Below are positions 43,470 through 56,700 of a DNA stretch of 64,000 nt, piece after piece. The DNA lies in NCBI GenBank assembly GCA_030264375.1, contig JASCQW010000156.1, positions 13,507,326-13,571,325 of the forward strand, in the 5' to 3' direction. Origin of the DNA: Carcharhinus longimanus. Taxonomy: Eukaryota. The notes under the pieces are model-generated. The model did not search any database, was not told the origin of the DNA, and was given only the letters and a program-made list of their open reading frames with translations. The number at the start of each line of letters is the position of its first letter. The first letter of the stretch is position 1. The translations under genes were made by a program, and so were the position numbers.

Positions 43470-44222
43470 GCACAGAATCATTACACCACAAGAAGCCTTT
43501 TGGCCCATCATACCCACTCTGGCTCTCCAAATGAGCAATTCACCTACTGCCATTCCCCAATAACCCTACATAGTTTTTTCCTTTCCAGTTAATGGTCCTA
43601 TTCTGATTGAAAGCCTCAAGTGAACTTCCTCCATTACATACTTGGGCAGTGCATTCTAGGCCTTAACCACTTGGGGCATGAAGTTGCTTTTATTGCCAAT
43701 TACTCTTATTCTCAATCCTATCACAAATGGCAACAGTTTCGATCTGCTCTGCCCAAACCCTTCATGATTCTCAAAATCTCTAACAATTTCCTCAGTTTTC
43801 TCCAAGAAAAACAGTTTCAACTTTTCCAATCTTTCTTCATAATTGAAGTTCTTACTTTGTGGCACCAATCTCGTGAATCTTTCCAACAGAGTCTCCAATA
43901 TCTTCACATCTTTCCTAAAGTGCAACTGAGGCCAAACAAGCCTCTTATTCAAGTTCAATATAATCTCCTTGTTTTTGTTTTCTATGTCCCAATTAAAGCC
44001 TCAGATAATGTATGTTTTACTAAATGTGCCTTCAAACTGTGTTGTTACCTTCAATTACTATTGCATACAAATACCCAGATTTCTCTGCTCCTGCACCCCT
44101 TTCAGAGTTGTATCCTTTATTTTATATTGTTTCTACATGCACTTCCTACCAAAATGAATCACTTCACATTTCTCTGGTTGAACTTCATCTGCCATTTGTC
44201 TGCCCATTTCACCAAATTTTCC
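43470..44222 (-). mobile_element. CR1-like LINE 3' fragment
   Basis: Minus-strand ORF contains FRKDVKILETLLERFTRLVPQSKNFNYEERLEKLKLF. Confidence 0.8.
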
Positions 44223-44889
44223 ATTACCCAGAACTGATGTCTCAGACTCAGCTAGACTTCACCTGTCATCAAAACCCACAAAGATTAGTATCCAATGACT
44301 CGGAAGGTAAATGCAACACCAGAACAGATTACACGGACCAAGAAAGTTCAATGTCTGCTCTTTAGCCTGCGCAGTTAGCGAAGTGTGACTACTAAAACTG
44401 TTATTAGTAACTTCAAGCTAGGTGGCAGTAGAGACTGTAAGGAACCTTGCACACAAAAAGATTTCCACTTAGGCAGAGAGACCTAATGGCCAGACATGTG
44501 TATCAGGCAACCTAAAATTCTGTTCTGATGCCCCCTTGCTGTACAAATAACCTTTTGATCGTCAACCACCAAGTTCACACATGCAAAATTCTAGAGGCTG
44601 CCAGTGACATGGGGGCAAGACAATCAGAGAAAGACAGAAGCAAGCTATCATTGTCTTACGTCTGTTTGCCTTCCCAGAATTTTGAGAAAAGCTATCATTA
44701 AAATTAAACCAGTTGAAAATTGTTCGGCAATTACCCATGCAATGTGGGTCCTTTAACGTATGGTTCCATTTTTCTTTAGCAATATGTATCCTTTTGTTTT
44801 TGCTGACAGGAATGGATAGACTTGCCACTGGGAATCCAGTAACAAATGAAGATTGCATTAATGATTTAGCAATAAGTGACTGACAGTCT

Positions 44890-45285
44890 TAGTCATGGTA
44901 CAGTGGGTAGCATTCATTTCTGAATCAGAAGGCTGCAGGTTCAAGTTCCAATCCAGAAACTCAAGTACTAAAATTTAGGCTGACATTGAACTACTGCACT
45001 GACAGAGGTGTTGTCTTTTGGATGCTTTATGGAGGTCCCAGTCTGCATACTCACGTGGACGTAAAAGATCTCACTGAAACATTTAAAAAAGCAGACGCAT
45101 TCTCAGGCCACTATTGATCCTTTAATCCAAAAAAAATCTATCCAGACATCATGTTGCTGTCGTAGGAAACTGTGTGCAAATCGGCTGCTGGGTTTACCTA
45201 CACAAATGATAACACTTCAAAGGAACTTCATCAGTTGCTAGAAAAATTCTGTGGCATCGTGAGATTGTGAAATGCACTATTTTTA
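44890..45285 (+). mobile_element. DeuSINE-like element
   Basis: gaatcagaagg..ggttcaagt..ctgcactg.cagaggtg..gtggacgtaaaagatc..gtgcaaatcggctgc. Confidence 0.7.
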
Positions 45286-46634
45286 TAGTGCATTCCAAAG
45301 GCCACGTACAGGATTCTATATTGGCTAGTAAGAGCTAACAATGCATTCTGGGTCACAATGCCATCTCCAGAGCAAGGTTCGCTCATTTCAAAAGCTTTGG
45401 CAATTTTTTTGGTTAAAAATCCTTCTCTTGGATCACAGTTTCTGCACACCTCTAGAAGATTCGGCAGGTGACAGAGGGCCACAGCCAAGGGGATGTGGTG
45501 TAGATTATTAAATGAATGGTTATAAACTGTGACATGGCACATTCTTAAAAGCAGCCAACTTTCTCCTGACAATGTAAACTTTCTGACCAACTTGTTCCAC
45601 ACTGTGTACAGCTATGAAATGTCCAGAAAAGAAAATTATTTCATTGATTGATGACCAAGTTAATTTATTAATTCGTGAGGTGGTCACTCACACAGTCTTC
45701 CATGACTAAATCACTAGTCATGTGATCTCAGGATCCAAAATAAATCAACAATTGTGGGGCACAATTGACATATTCATCGGTCACATAAATGTAACTCATT
45801 GTAAATTCATATTTATAACTCTCTGATCAGAGAATTATGAATATTGCAATAGCTGGATTGCTTACTGCAAAGTAGCATCAACATCTTAATGCACAACATG
45901 GCTTCAGGTGGGCACTGCACCAAGCCATCTTAGACTATTGAACTAATGCATTTGGGCCTCATTGCCCCTTAAGATGCTCAGTCCAAAACATCTGTTAGCA
46001 TGACTGCAAGAAACTTTGTAAAGGTCCCTTCCACTCTTGCAACAGCTGAGTACATCACACACTACCGGACTCAGCTATACTAGCAGGAAGATGCCAAGTT
46101 CAACCTGTAAGATCTTAGCTGGGATAATGATGCAACTGAGGTGTTGTATAACAGGTAATTAGCTTAGATGTGAGATTCACTAGAAATCATTTTTCTAGGA
46201 TCACGACAAGGTTAGCCACTTGAGCAAGTTATCAGTGGACAGCCAGTACCTGTGAACCATTCCATCAGGAGCATCAGCATCTTAAGAGTGGAAGTAATGG
46301 GCAGGAAAGTGGCTGGAATGCTTAAAAAAAAAAATCAGCAATTGTTGCCCGGTCTGTGTATCCTGCAACTTGCTCTGTTGCTGCCAATAACATCTACAAT
46401 CCAACCACCAATAATTGCATCTTAATTGTACAGTAACATTTCTTTAAAAAAATAAGTTGACAAGTGCAGAAATCGATAAATCAAAGGAGCATAAAATGAT
46501 TGTCTTTTGAGAAAAACAATATTGTGTGAAAAGTGCAAGACACATCACTAATCAGGAACAGAGCCAGATTAAAACTTGAGTTTGAATGGGTTCAGATCAG
46601 ACTAGCCAGACTGGGCCGCGGAATAAAAATTCAA

Positions 46635-47010
46635 GCAGTCAAAAGGCTAAGAGGAGATTTGATCGAGGTATTTAAAATCATGAAAGGTTTAAATGTAACA
46701 AATAAACAGAAAATGTTTCCAATGACTGAAGGGTTGATAACCAGAGCATACATATTTAAAGCAATTGGCAAAAAATACCCCCAGAAACGACACAAGAGAA
46801 AACCCTTTCTTTTAAACACAAGGGGTGGTTTGAATTTGGAATGCACCGATAGGGTGGCAGAAACAGATTCAAGAGTCGCTTTCAAAAGGGAATTGGGTAA
46901 ATAATTGAAGGAGAAGATATGCAGGGACATGGGGAAGCATGGAGTGGGACTAACTCAATTGCTCTTCAGAAGAGTCAGCACAGACTCGATGAGCTGACTT
47001 CTTGTGCAGT
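46635..47010 (+). mobile_element. CR1-like LINE 3' fragment
   Basis: KRLRGDLIEVFKIMKGL. Confidence 0.75.
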
Positions 47011-47644
47011 GTCCTGTGCTTTCAATTCTGTGGTAACTTAAGTAGATGGAAATATTCAAGACGACGTTTTAGATGACCAATATATTCCTTAAAGAACCTG
47101 CAGGCCCATGCCACATTTCAAGAAATCTGCATAACTCAAATCATGGAACTGATACCAAGACCCAGGTCAATAACTAGTTGCTACAACCAACATAACAAAG
47201 TGTATTTAGGGGACCACTAGCCTTACAAATATATATTTTTTAAAGATTTAAATAGTATTTACTGTTTATAGGAAGTACAATTTTTTGACCACCTTTCTAT
47301 TGCAAATTGTACGTATTCTTAAAGCTAGCTCTGTAAGTTTCAAAATGTTTGCAATCATCAGTGTGACTTCCCACACAATAGGGAAAGAACAGTCCTGAGA
47401 CTACAATTCCCAGAAGCTGTTGCACACTCTGCACTGGTGTAGAGTTAACTTTCCATTCACTCCATCGTCTTCAGATTCAAACCTAACATCAGCTAATTTG
47501 TATTTCCCAATTTACCAAATTTTCTTTCAATGCTGAAATCCACACTTTCTCAGTGAAACACCAGGCTACCCAATTGATTACAGCAGTGCTCACAAAGGAC
47601 AGCAATCCTGCCCCACACTATGAAATCCACTCAACATGACTTAA

Positions 47645-48163
47645 CTCTGGTCAGACCCCACTTGGAGTATTGTGAACAGTTTTGCGCCCCAGCTCTAAGG
47701 AAGGATGTACTGGCCTTGGAAAGATCCAGAGGAGGTTCACAAGAATGATCCCTGAAATGAGGAGCTTGTCGTATGAAGAACGATTGAGGACTCTGGGTCT
47801 GTATTCATTGGAGTTTAGAAGGATGAAGGGGGATCTTATTGAAACTTACATGATATTGAGAGGCCTGGATAGACTGGACCCAGAGGATGTTTCCACTAGT
47901 AGGAAAAATTGGAACCAGACTAAAGGGACGATCTTTTAAAACAGATATGAGGAGGAATTTCTTCAACTAGAGAGTGGCGAATCTGTGGAACTCTTTACTG
48001 CAGAAAACTGTGGAGTGTTTAAGACAGAGATAGGTTCTTGATTAATAAGGGGATCTAGGGCTATGGGGAAAAGGCAGGAGAATGAGAAAAATATCAGCCA
48101 TGATTGAATAGTGGAGTAGACTCAATGGGCTGAGTGACCTAATTCTGCTCCTATGTCTTATGG
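47645..48163 (+). mobile_element. CR1/HER1-like LINE 3' fragment
   Basis: KIQRRFTRMIPEMRSLSYEERLRTLGLYSLEFRRMKGDLIETYMILRGLDR followed by the typical 3' UTR. Confidence 0.85.
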
Positions 48164-48804
48164 TATACACACCAGGAATCTCCTGTCAGCTCAACATCAA
48201 TCAGTAATTCTCTCCAATACCACGTTGTGAAGCAGGACTTGCTGCATATCGCAAATGTAAATAGCCACCATAAGAGCTTGGTCAAAGATGCCAATTGAGT
48301 CAGGGTGTGAATTTTCTGCCATCTTTCTCACAGGTCAAACTCAGGGCAAGATGATGAAATCCCATAGTGAGCTAACTGGAGTGCCAGCAAGCTCTCATTA
48401 GCAACTTTAGACTTCTAAGTGCATTAGGTAATACTACTCATTACACAGAGCTGTGTCACTGAGCTGTTCTCTTAGAGCTTCCTTGCAAAAACACTCTCCC
48501 ACCATCAGCTCCAGATTTCACCTTACAGAAGTCATAAAAGGTTTTGTTGGTTCTATTGTTCCAAATACACATCATATGCAGTGAAATAAACAAGTTAACT
48601 CTGCAGATGCGCTGTGTTCAGTTGAGACATACAGTTTCTTTCGGCTGCCTTTGATTCCTGCTTTTCTGATCTTTCAAGGTTAATTACTGGCATGGGTTCA
48701 GTATTTCTCATTTGGACAAATAAAGCCCAGTTTGTCACTGGTTTGACAATAGGAGAAACCTCTCCTCTCCCTTCACCTGCCCAATGAATGTTAGTGTGAA
48801 TTTT

Positions 48805-49082
48805 TAAGTTTATTATTTATTACTGTAACAAGTAGGCTTACATTGACACTGCAAGTTACTGTGAAAATCCCTCAGTCGCCACAATCTGGTGCCCGTTCGG
48901 ATACACTGAGGGAGATTTTAGCACAGCCAATGCACCTAACCAGCACGTCTTTTGGACGGTGGGAGGAAACCCATGCAGACATGAAGAGAATGTGCAGACT
49001 CTGCACAGACAGTGACTCAGGCCAGGAGTTCAACCTGAGTCCCCAGCACTGGGAGGCAGCAATGCTAACCACTGTGCCACAA
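48805..49082 (-). mobile_element. V-SINE (second tail type)
   Basis: Reverse complement of the 60813-61100 type. Confidence 0.85.
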
Positions 49083-49430
49083 TGGTGGTAGCACATGTTG
49101 GTAAGCACTGCTGCCTCACAGCATCAGGGGCCAGGTTCAAATCTGGTCTTGGGTGACTGCCAGTGTTGTATTTGCACATTCTCCCTGTGTTTGCGTGGGT
49201 TTCTTCTTGGCGCTCTAACTTCCTCCCATTGTCCAAAGATGTGCAGGTTAGGGGAATTGGCCATGCTAAATTACCCCTTAGTGTTCCAAGATGTGTAGGT
49301 TAGATGAATTTGCTGTGGTAAATGTGCGTGGTTACAGGGATAGGGTGGAGGCAAGGGCCTGGGTGTGATACTCTGTCAGGGGATTGGTGCAGACTCAGTG
49401 GGCCGAATGGCCTCCTTCTGCACTCCTATG
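49083..49430 (+). mobile_element. HE1/V-SINE-like SINE, head-to-head with the preceding copy
   Basis: ggtaagcactgctgcctcacagc...tgcacattctccctgtg...gggccgaatggcctccttctgcact. Confidence 0.85.
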
Positions 49431-50595
49431 AGGTGATGCAACATTAGGGGTGAAATTAACATTCATTGTGTTCACAAAATTCATTTCATACAGAAAAGAA
49501 GAAAATTCGCTATATCTATTAAAAAGTTTACATTTTTTTAAATAAAAATTAACCATTCATTGCTATATGCCTTTCAGTTAAAACAGAGGTTACTTTCTTT
49601 TTAATTGTCCAACTCCCAATTGTTGCCTCTGCTCTGGTAAAAACAAGTCCAACAATAATAATGTTTAGAAGCAATCCTAAACTGGCCAATAATTACAAAT
49701 ATAAAAACACATTATTTCTAAATAAATTACCCTTTTAACCTATTGTATACATAAGACCTAATTCTGTTAAATCAATTAAGTTACAGGATTGTGAAAATGC
49801 CAATATTGCATCTAAAGTACAGCAAACAAAAGCATGCGCAGACTGGGTTACATCAGTTATACATATACAGTACTTGTGTTAATCCACCGCCATCATACCA
49901 GGAACGGTATAGAAATACACTTCTGATTCACGGGCAGAAAAAATTCTCATCACGCCCCGAGGTCATCTGAAGAATAGATGTTTAGCCCAGGCCGCATTCC
50001 AGATGTGCTGCTGGGAGTGCTTCACCTACACAAAAGCATCCGAGCTCCCTCGGTACAGTTCTGAAATTCAATACACTTATTGGTAGACAATAGGTAGAAT
50101 AATCGGCTGTTGCTTGTTGCTGAAAAGCACATGAGGAGTACAATTGAGGGGTGGGAAGAGAGGGAGGGGGAGGCAATGCAATTCTACTAATTCAACAGTA
50201 GACACTCAAATGCTTCCATATGTTGGAAGCTCCAACTTCTTCCTGTGTAACATTCATAATGCCAGGCATTGCCAATTGCTAAGTGATTATACAACATGGG
50301 TTCTTGCTGGGACATCAGAGTTAGACCTGCAAGGTGGGCTAACTCACTCCACTCCCCTTCACATCTCCTCCCTGGTCTCTTGCACCTAACTCCCCCACAC
50401 CAGCTGGTCTATCTGCTACCATTCTAACCCACTACTTTGAATAAAATTTTTCCTTTATAAGTATCGGTCTACAAGAGTGACAAGCAGTTTATGGAACAGT
50501 TCTCAGTTTCCTGTTTCCTCTCTGCTTCCCCAACCAGGTACTGTCACAGATAGCCATTAAACACGGTCCTCAATTTTCCTGCCATCTGCTTTTTT

Positions 50596-50744
50596 TCAGG
50601 GCACTTCAGTTTTGATAACTGTGCCGTCGAGGGCTTCGTTCCGCAGATCCACTGCTGAACCGTTCCTCCAAGACTGCTCTGCAGCTGCTGCAACCTGAAT
50701 CGTCCACAGGAAGTTCTCCTTCGTAATAAAAGGCTCCTCTTTCC
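50596..50744 (-). CDS. Oxidoreductase last coding exon with stop, 149 bp
   Basis: ttccctcag|GG AAA...CCC TGA; KEEPFITKENFLWTIQVAAAAEQSWRNGSAVDLRNEALDGTVIKTEVP*. Confidence 0.9.
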
Positions 50745-53700
50745 CTGAGGGAAGAGCAAACAATTACTCAAAAATAAAAAAAATTGTTTCTACAGCAAGC
50801 AATAAGCCAAGAGTTATTAAGCCCAGAGTTCCAGTTTAATGCATGGTAACATCAGTATTGCTCCTTTCTGCTTTCTCTCCTGAACAAGGGGGCTGGGATA
50901 AGGTTCTATAAATGAAGACAGCACTCTCACACCCCACCCATCTGCGGCTGACAGGTGTTGCGGGTTCAGAAATACTACAGAGACTTGGAACACAAAACCT
51001 ACGCTGGCACTGTGGGAGTGTTATTGATGCCATCTTTCCGATGAGATGTTAAACCAAGGCTCTCATAAAAGATCCTGTGGCACTATTTCAAAGCGGAGCA
51101 GGGGAATTCTTCCCTGGGTTTTGCCCAATATTTGTGCTCAACCAAATCAAATTATCTGACCATCGCCTTAATTCTGTTTGAGGGAGGTCGCTACGTCCAA
51201 ATTGGCTGCCATGTTCCTACGTTAAAACGGCAACTGCACTTCAAAAGTACTTCATTAGCTATAAAGCACTTTAGCATGTGCTGAGATTGTGAAACACACT
51301 ATATAAAATGCAAGGAGCAGCCTGTTGCTGGGGTCTGGTTACATAGGTGGTGGTGGCAATCCTGTATCTCACCCATTGTGGATTTGCAAGTTAAAACAGC
51401 CACCTCTGTGATTCCAGACAAGATCAGTTAAACGTAGACCTTTCTACAATGATATGATGCATTTTCCCACTGAGGTATCGGTGGAGTTTGGAATGCTTTT
51501 AAACTTTAAAGACTTAGGATTGTCTAATGGATAAACCCAGTGACATACTCTGGAAATTACATGGGTGTAGGCATAGTCAGAGAATAACACTCAGCAGTAA
51601 TGCGGTCCCTGCATCCTCCCTGCTAGAGCTGACACGAAATGGCAAAGGTTGCTGATTCTTAGAAGTCAGTGCTTTCAAAGAGAGATAAAAATTGGGAAAC
51701 CGAAGAGTGAGAAATCCAGAGAGTTTAAATGGTGTTACAATTTTTGTAGAGACCAATAACATTTAAGAAAAAATTCAAACTTCCAAATAATAGCTGAAAG
51801 TATGACAACCCGCATTCCTGTGTAATGAACAATAGTGTCTTGTTATCTGTAACTGCTGTCGCTCTCATGGACCCTGGCAAACTAAGCTTGTCTGTGAGTT
51901 TTCAGGGATATCTTTACACCCTTGTCCTCTCAAACACCCACTACTGTGGCAACGTGAATCATACAGTGGGCGTTGAATCCAGGTAGAAATGCTGATTCGC
52001 TTTCCTTGAGACCCCAATTCTCTTCTATCTTGGAAGGAAATGGACTGTTAAAACACAACTTTTACAGCCCAGCATTCTCTTTTCTGGGACTTTGGAGACA
52101 CTTAGTCTTTCCGCTGTTAGTACACAGACTCCTGCCATTGTCTCCAAGTGTAAACACTTTACACCTTTTTCCCAGTGAAACGATCTGGGCCCCCTTTTAA
52201 TTTCTAACAATTAAAACATTCAAGCCTACTGTCAGTCAAACGTCAGAACAAGCTCACATGACTCCCTTAATTTTACTTTAAAGGCACAGACCCCAAAACA
52301 TAATCTCATAAACCTTATAATTGTAAGAACAAGAGATTTGTATATTTTTGGATGCTTTTTACATCCTAAGGGTACCCCAAAACAGCTTCAAAGCCATTCA
52401 ATTATTTTCTGAAAGACAGTCATTGTTGCTCAGATAGGCAGCTCCAACAGTCAATTTGCTAACAGGAAGATTCCTCAACAATAAAACGACTGACCAGTTA
52501 ATCTATTTACTGGCAAGTGGCGTCAAAGATAAGGATTCTTGCTCTTTTATGATGACACACTGTGGCATATCTACATTCGTCTGAACCTTGAAGTCCCACA
52601 CAAAAGAAAGCACTCCCTTGGGGGAGAGGATGGCATCGTGGTAATGTCACTGGAGTAGAAATCCAGAAGTCGAGGTTAACGTCCGAGGGACATGGTTCAA
52701 ATTTTGCCATTGCAGTTAGTGGAATTTAAATTCAACTACTAAAACCTAGAATTGAAAGCTAATCTTAGTAACGTTGACTATGAAACTATCATTGACACAA
52801 GGAAATCTGCCATCTTTACCTGGTCTGGACTACACGTGACTCCAGATCCACAGCAATGTGATTGATTCTTAACTGTCCTCTGAATTGGGCTGATAGTATG
52901 AGGTATGGCCTGCTAGCAACACACACGTCACACCAAAAGAACTAAAATAAAATGCAGCACTCCCTCTTAAATATCCATGCATGAATTTTGCAGTGGGGCT
53001 TTTTAAAATTCATTTACAGGATGCAGCTTGAACTCACAAATATTCTGACTTGAGATGAGAATGGTACGCATTGAAACCAAACTGATAGATTAGGTTGATT
53101 GGAAATGGTAAACTGATCCTAGCGTCAGGTGATTAACAGGGTAATTGTGAGGGGTTATGGGGATAAGGCCTGGTTGGGATTGTGGTCAGTGCAGACTTGA
53201 TGGGCTGAACGGCCTCTTTCTGCACTGTAGGCATTCTATAATTCTATGATACTTAATTCAGCTTCTGTAAATGGCAATCTAATCTACCAAGGCCCCAAAT
53301 CTTCTGGACGGCCACACTTACAACTGGTGAGCTAACATATTCAGTAGTAATTTACTTTGTAATCCAAATCACAAACATAGAACCATCACATTACTGTATT
53401 TCTGCCCCTTTGCTAACCTTTCAGAGTCTTGAGGAAGTGTTTCAGCAGATCTCTATAAGCATCTTTGTACTGGTCGTAATGCAGGTGGGAACAGACAGGT
53501 CTTGGTGTGCCCTGCTCAGTTATTCCCAGTGCATTCCGATTGTCCATCCTTAGTGTCCCTTCTGATCCGTGAACCTTGAAGGATTCAAAAACAAACATGT
53601 GGATGAGCATGCCATTTAAACACACAGCACCCTGATGTGCACATCACCAATACCATCTGTACCCTGCACTCACCACCCCTCCCCCCACCCGCACCCACCG

Positions 53701-56700
53701 CTTGAAACAGTATTAAGCAGCGTGAGTGAAAACTTTGCTCCTACACTGATTACCCAGTAAACACTCCCAAACTTGTGTGAGGTGAGTATAGGACAAAACA
53801 AAGAATTGACTGCTATGATATTCCTTTACAACTGAATATCCACCAGGTTGACTGTCATTGTGGAAGTTGTACACCAGATAGAACCGGCACTCTCAGAAAT
53901 GAAATTGTGGAGACAGATGGTTGAAAAAAAAAGATTTTAAATAAAAAGGTAAAGGGAACAGTCAGTGAGAGATGAAGGAGGAATCCTGGTGGGGATAGGC
54001 GTGACAACCATTTGCTTATATATCTGTGGGGAAGTGACTTACCTCCAACTTCTGGTCACTACTGCGTGTACAATGCTGGCTGACATCAAGTGTGACGATA
54101 GCACCACTGGCAAATTTCATGCTGACTGAGACTGTGTCAGCATCCTTCAGGGCTGCAATCTCTGTCAGGAGTTGAGAATGGATTGGAGTTAACCTCTGCA
54201 CAAATCACAAAACTGCTTTCATCCAAAGAGAGCTGCCTCCTTTCATTTTTTGAATCATTTTAACCTCTGTGCTTTGTTTCCTGGTCTTTTTAAATAATTT
54301 ATTTTTTGCACCGGTTATTTTAATATCTTTTTGTTTGTCAGGTGTAGATATTGCAGCAGTCACTACTCCATCAGATGCTGCACAGACACACACTGATATG
54401 CTCAGTGAGGTTTAAGAACTGGCCACAATCAATACAGGTTCAGCAAAATTTAAAACTGCATAGAATAGAGAAGGGAGACAATAATATCTTAATAAATCTA
54501 TGGACACTCAGAGGGATCATGCACCAAGCCCTTCGCCTGGACTCAGTGCCAAAGTGCTGTGCAGCAAGTGTTACCTCATCCTCCTTTCACCCCACGGCCA
54601 GCAATATTTCCTTTGTCCCTTCTGAACTTGCTGACTCTCACCGGGGTTAAGGTCCAAAAACTGAAAGTGCCAAATGTTATCTCTGACAGACATGGGAATT
54701 TGCCTGTTTAAGGCCACTTAGTATTGGCAGGACATTCTACATGAAGGGCTTCTCCGGATGTCCATGTTTGCACCACAGTGAAGGACATTTGATAGCAATC
54801 ATGAGAAAAGCCCTGTTTTACCCTCTTTAATAATTTGCAAAATCTTAGCGAATATAAATCTTTACTGTGTTGACTGTGGCTCAGTGGGTAACACTCTTGT
54901 CTCCAAATCAGAAGACTGTGGATTCAAGTTCCACTCTAGGTATGGCGGCACGGTGGTTAGCATTGCTGCCTCAGTGTCAGGGACCCAGGTTCAGTTCCAG
55001 CCTTGGGTGACTGTCCATGTGGAGTTTGCACGTTCTCCTCGTGGGTTTCCTCCAGGTGCTCCAGCTTCCTCCAGACTCCAAAGATGTGTGGGTTGGATTG
55101 GCTGGTTGGCCATACTAAATTGCTCCTTAGTGTCAGAGGGAGTAGCAGGGTAAATACATGGAATTACGGGGATGGGCCTGGGTGGGATTGCTGTCGGTGC
55201 ATGTTTGATGGGCCGAATGGCTTCCTTCTGCAGTGTATGGATTCAATGATTCTACTTGAACACAACATCTAGGTTGACACTCCCTGTGCAGCACAGAAGG
55301 GGCGCTGCGCTATCAGCGGCACGGAAGGGGCGCTGCGCTATCAGCGGCACGGAAGGGGCGCTGCGCTATCAGNNNNNNNNNNNNNNNNNNNNNNNNNNNN
55401 NNNNNNNNNNNNNNNNNNNNNNNNNNNNNNNNNNNNNNNNNNNNNNNNNNNNNNNNNNNNNNNNNNNNNNNNGGGCGCTGCGCTATCAGCAGCACAGAAG
55501 GGGCGCTGCGCTATCAGCAGCACAGAAGGGGCGCTGCGCTATCAGCAGTGCTGAATCGGGTGTACTGTTAAAATTGAAGCTCTCTCCCAGATGGAAGATT
55601 CCATGGCACTAACTCAAAGATCCAGGTCTCCTTGGTGGCCTGGCCAACTTTTATCCCTAAATAAACATCACCAAAACAGAATACTGATCAATATTATGTA
55701 GTTGTTTGTGTGTTCTTGCTGCATACAAAAAAAAGGTTTTCATATATTACAACAGTAGCTACATTTGAAAAGGCACTTCATTGACTGTAAGAATTTTGGA
55801 ACTTTCAGGTGAAGACAGATACTAAATAAATGCAAGTTTATTCTTTAACAGTCAGAAGTGGAGCAGGAAAGAGGACTGTGCAAGTTGATAAAAAACATTG
55901 CTCTCTATGTTGGGAATTACTTGTAATGCTTCTATTACCCAATGATATCTGAGTATCCCTCTCAAGTGACATTTCCACAAAGACTTTGAGGGCAACATTT
56001 TCCACTTTCGTGCATGATAGAAACAGTCTGCTTCCTGTGTTCCTTTTTTCAAAAAATTTAACTCGTGCCTGGGATGTTCATAATGATTGAGGCTGTATTT
56101 ATTGCCTTTCCCCGAGTGGCTCTGGGGATATGAAGAGTCAAGCACACAATGTGGGACTGGTGTAATCTGCAGGTCTGAATGTAGGTGGAAGCAGCAGGCT
56201 CTCTGTGAACTGGTGGGGTATATTTATGACGAACTTTGATTTGGTCCCCAGCTCAAAAAGGACCAGATTGATTGAACTAGTGGAAAGAGTTAAACTCACA
56301 ACTTGTGCCCCCCAGCCACAATTCATTTCACCTGGGAGTTGACCAATTAATCTTTAAATTTCCATCCTCCCGCCCCCCATTCCTCCAGATCTACACTCAA
56401 GTCTTCAATCAGAACGCAGCTTGTTAGGTTCAAGCTTCTGAATCAGATTGAGATGGGAATTTGACACAACTGATGTAAATCTACTATTCTGAAGATTCTT
56501 CCCTCACTACTTCCAGACAAGTTCTTTGCTATGCTCACTATCTTATTGTACATTCAATTAGTTCCTACCTTGGCAGAAGGCATGACCCAATGAGAATATG
56601 GTATCTGGAGCATTTTCTCCAAGTAGCCAGCAGACAGTATCCAAATCGTGTACAACACCATCGTAGAATATCCCACCTGTTTAAAACACAACAATTCAGG

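Larger units (their letters stand above)
54870..55840 (+). mobile_element. DeuSINE-like element split by a V-SINE and an internal minisatellite
   Basis: Head gtggctcagtgggtaacactcttg at about 54877; body resumes at 55255; tail at about 55740-55840. Confidence 0.7.

Noticed and set aside
43620-44237. 205-aa ORF, the longest in the track
   Set aside because: Antisense frame of a decayed CR1 fragment.
55288-55549. CRISPR array
   Set aside because: Contiguous 28-bp units with no unique spacers, inside a eukaryotic SINE.
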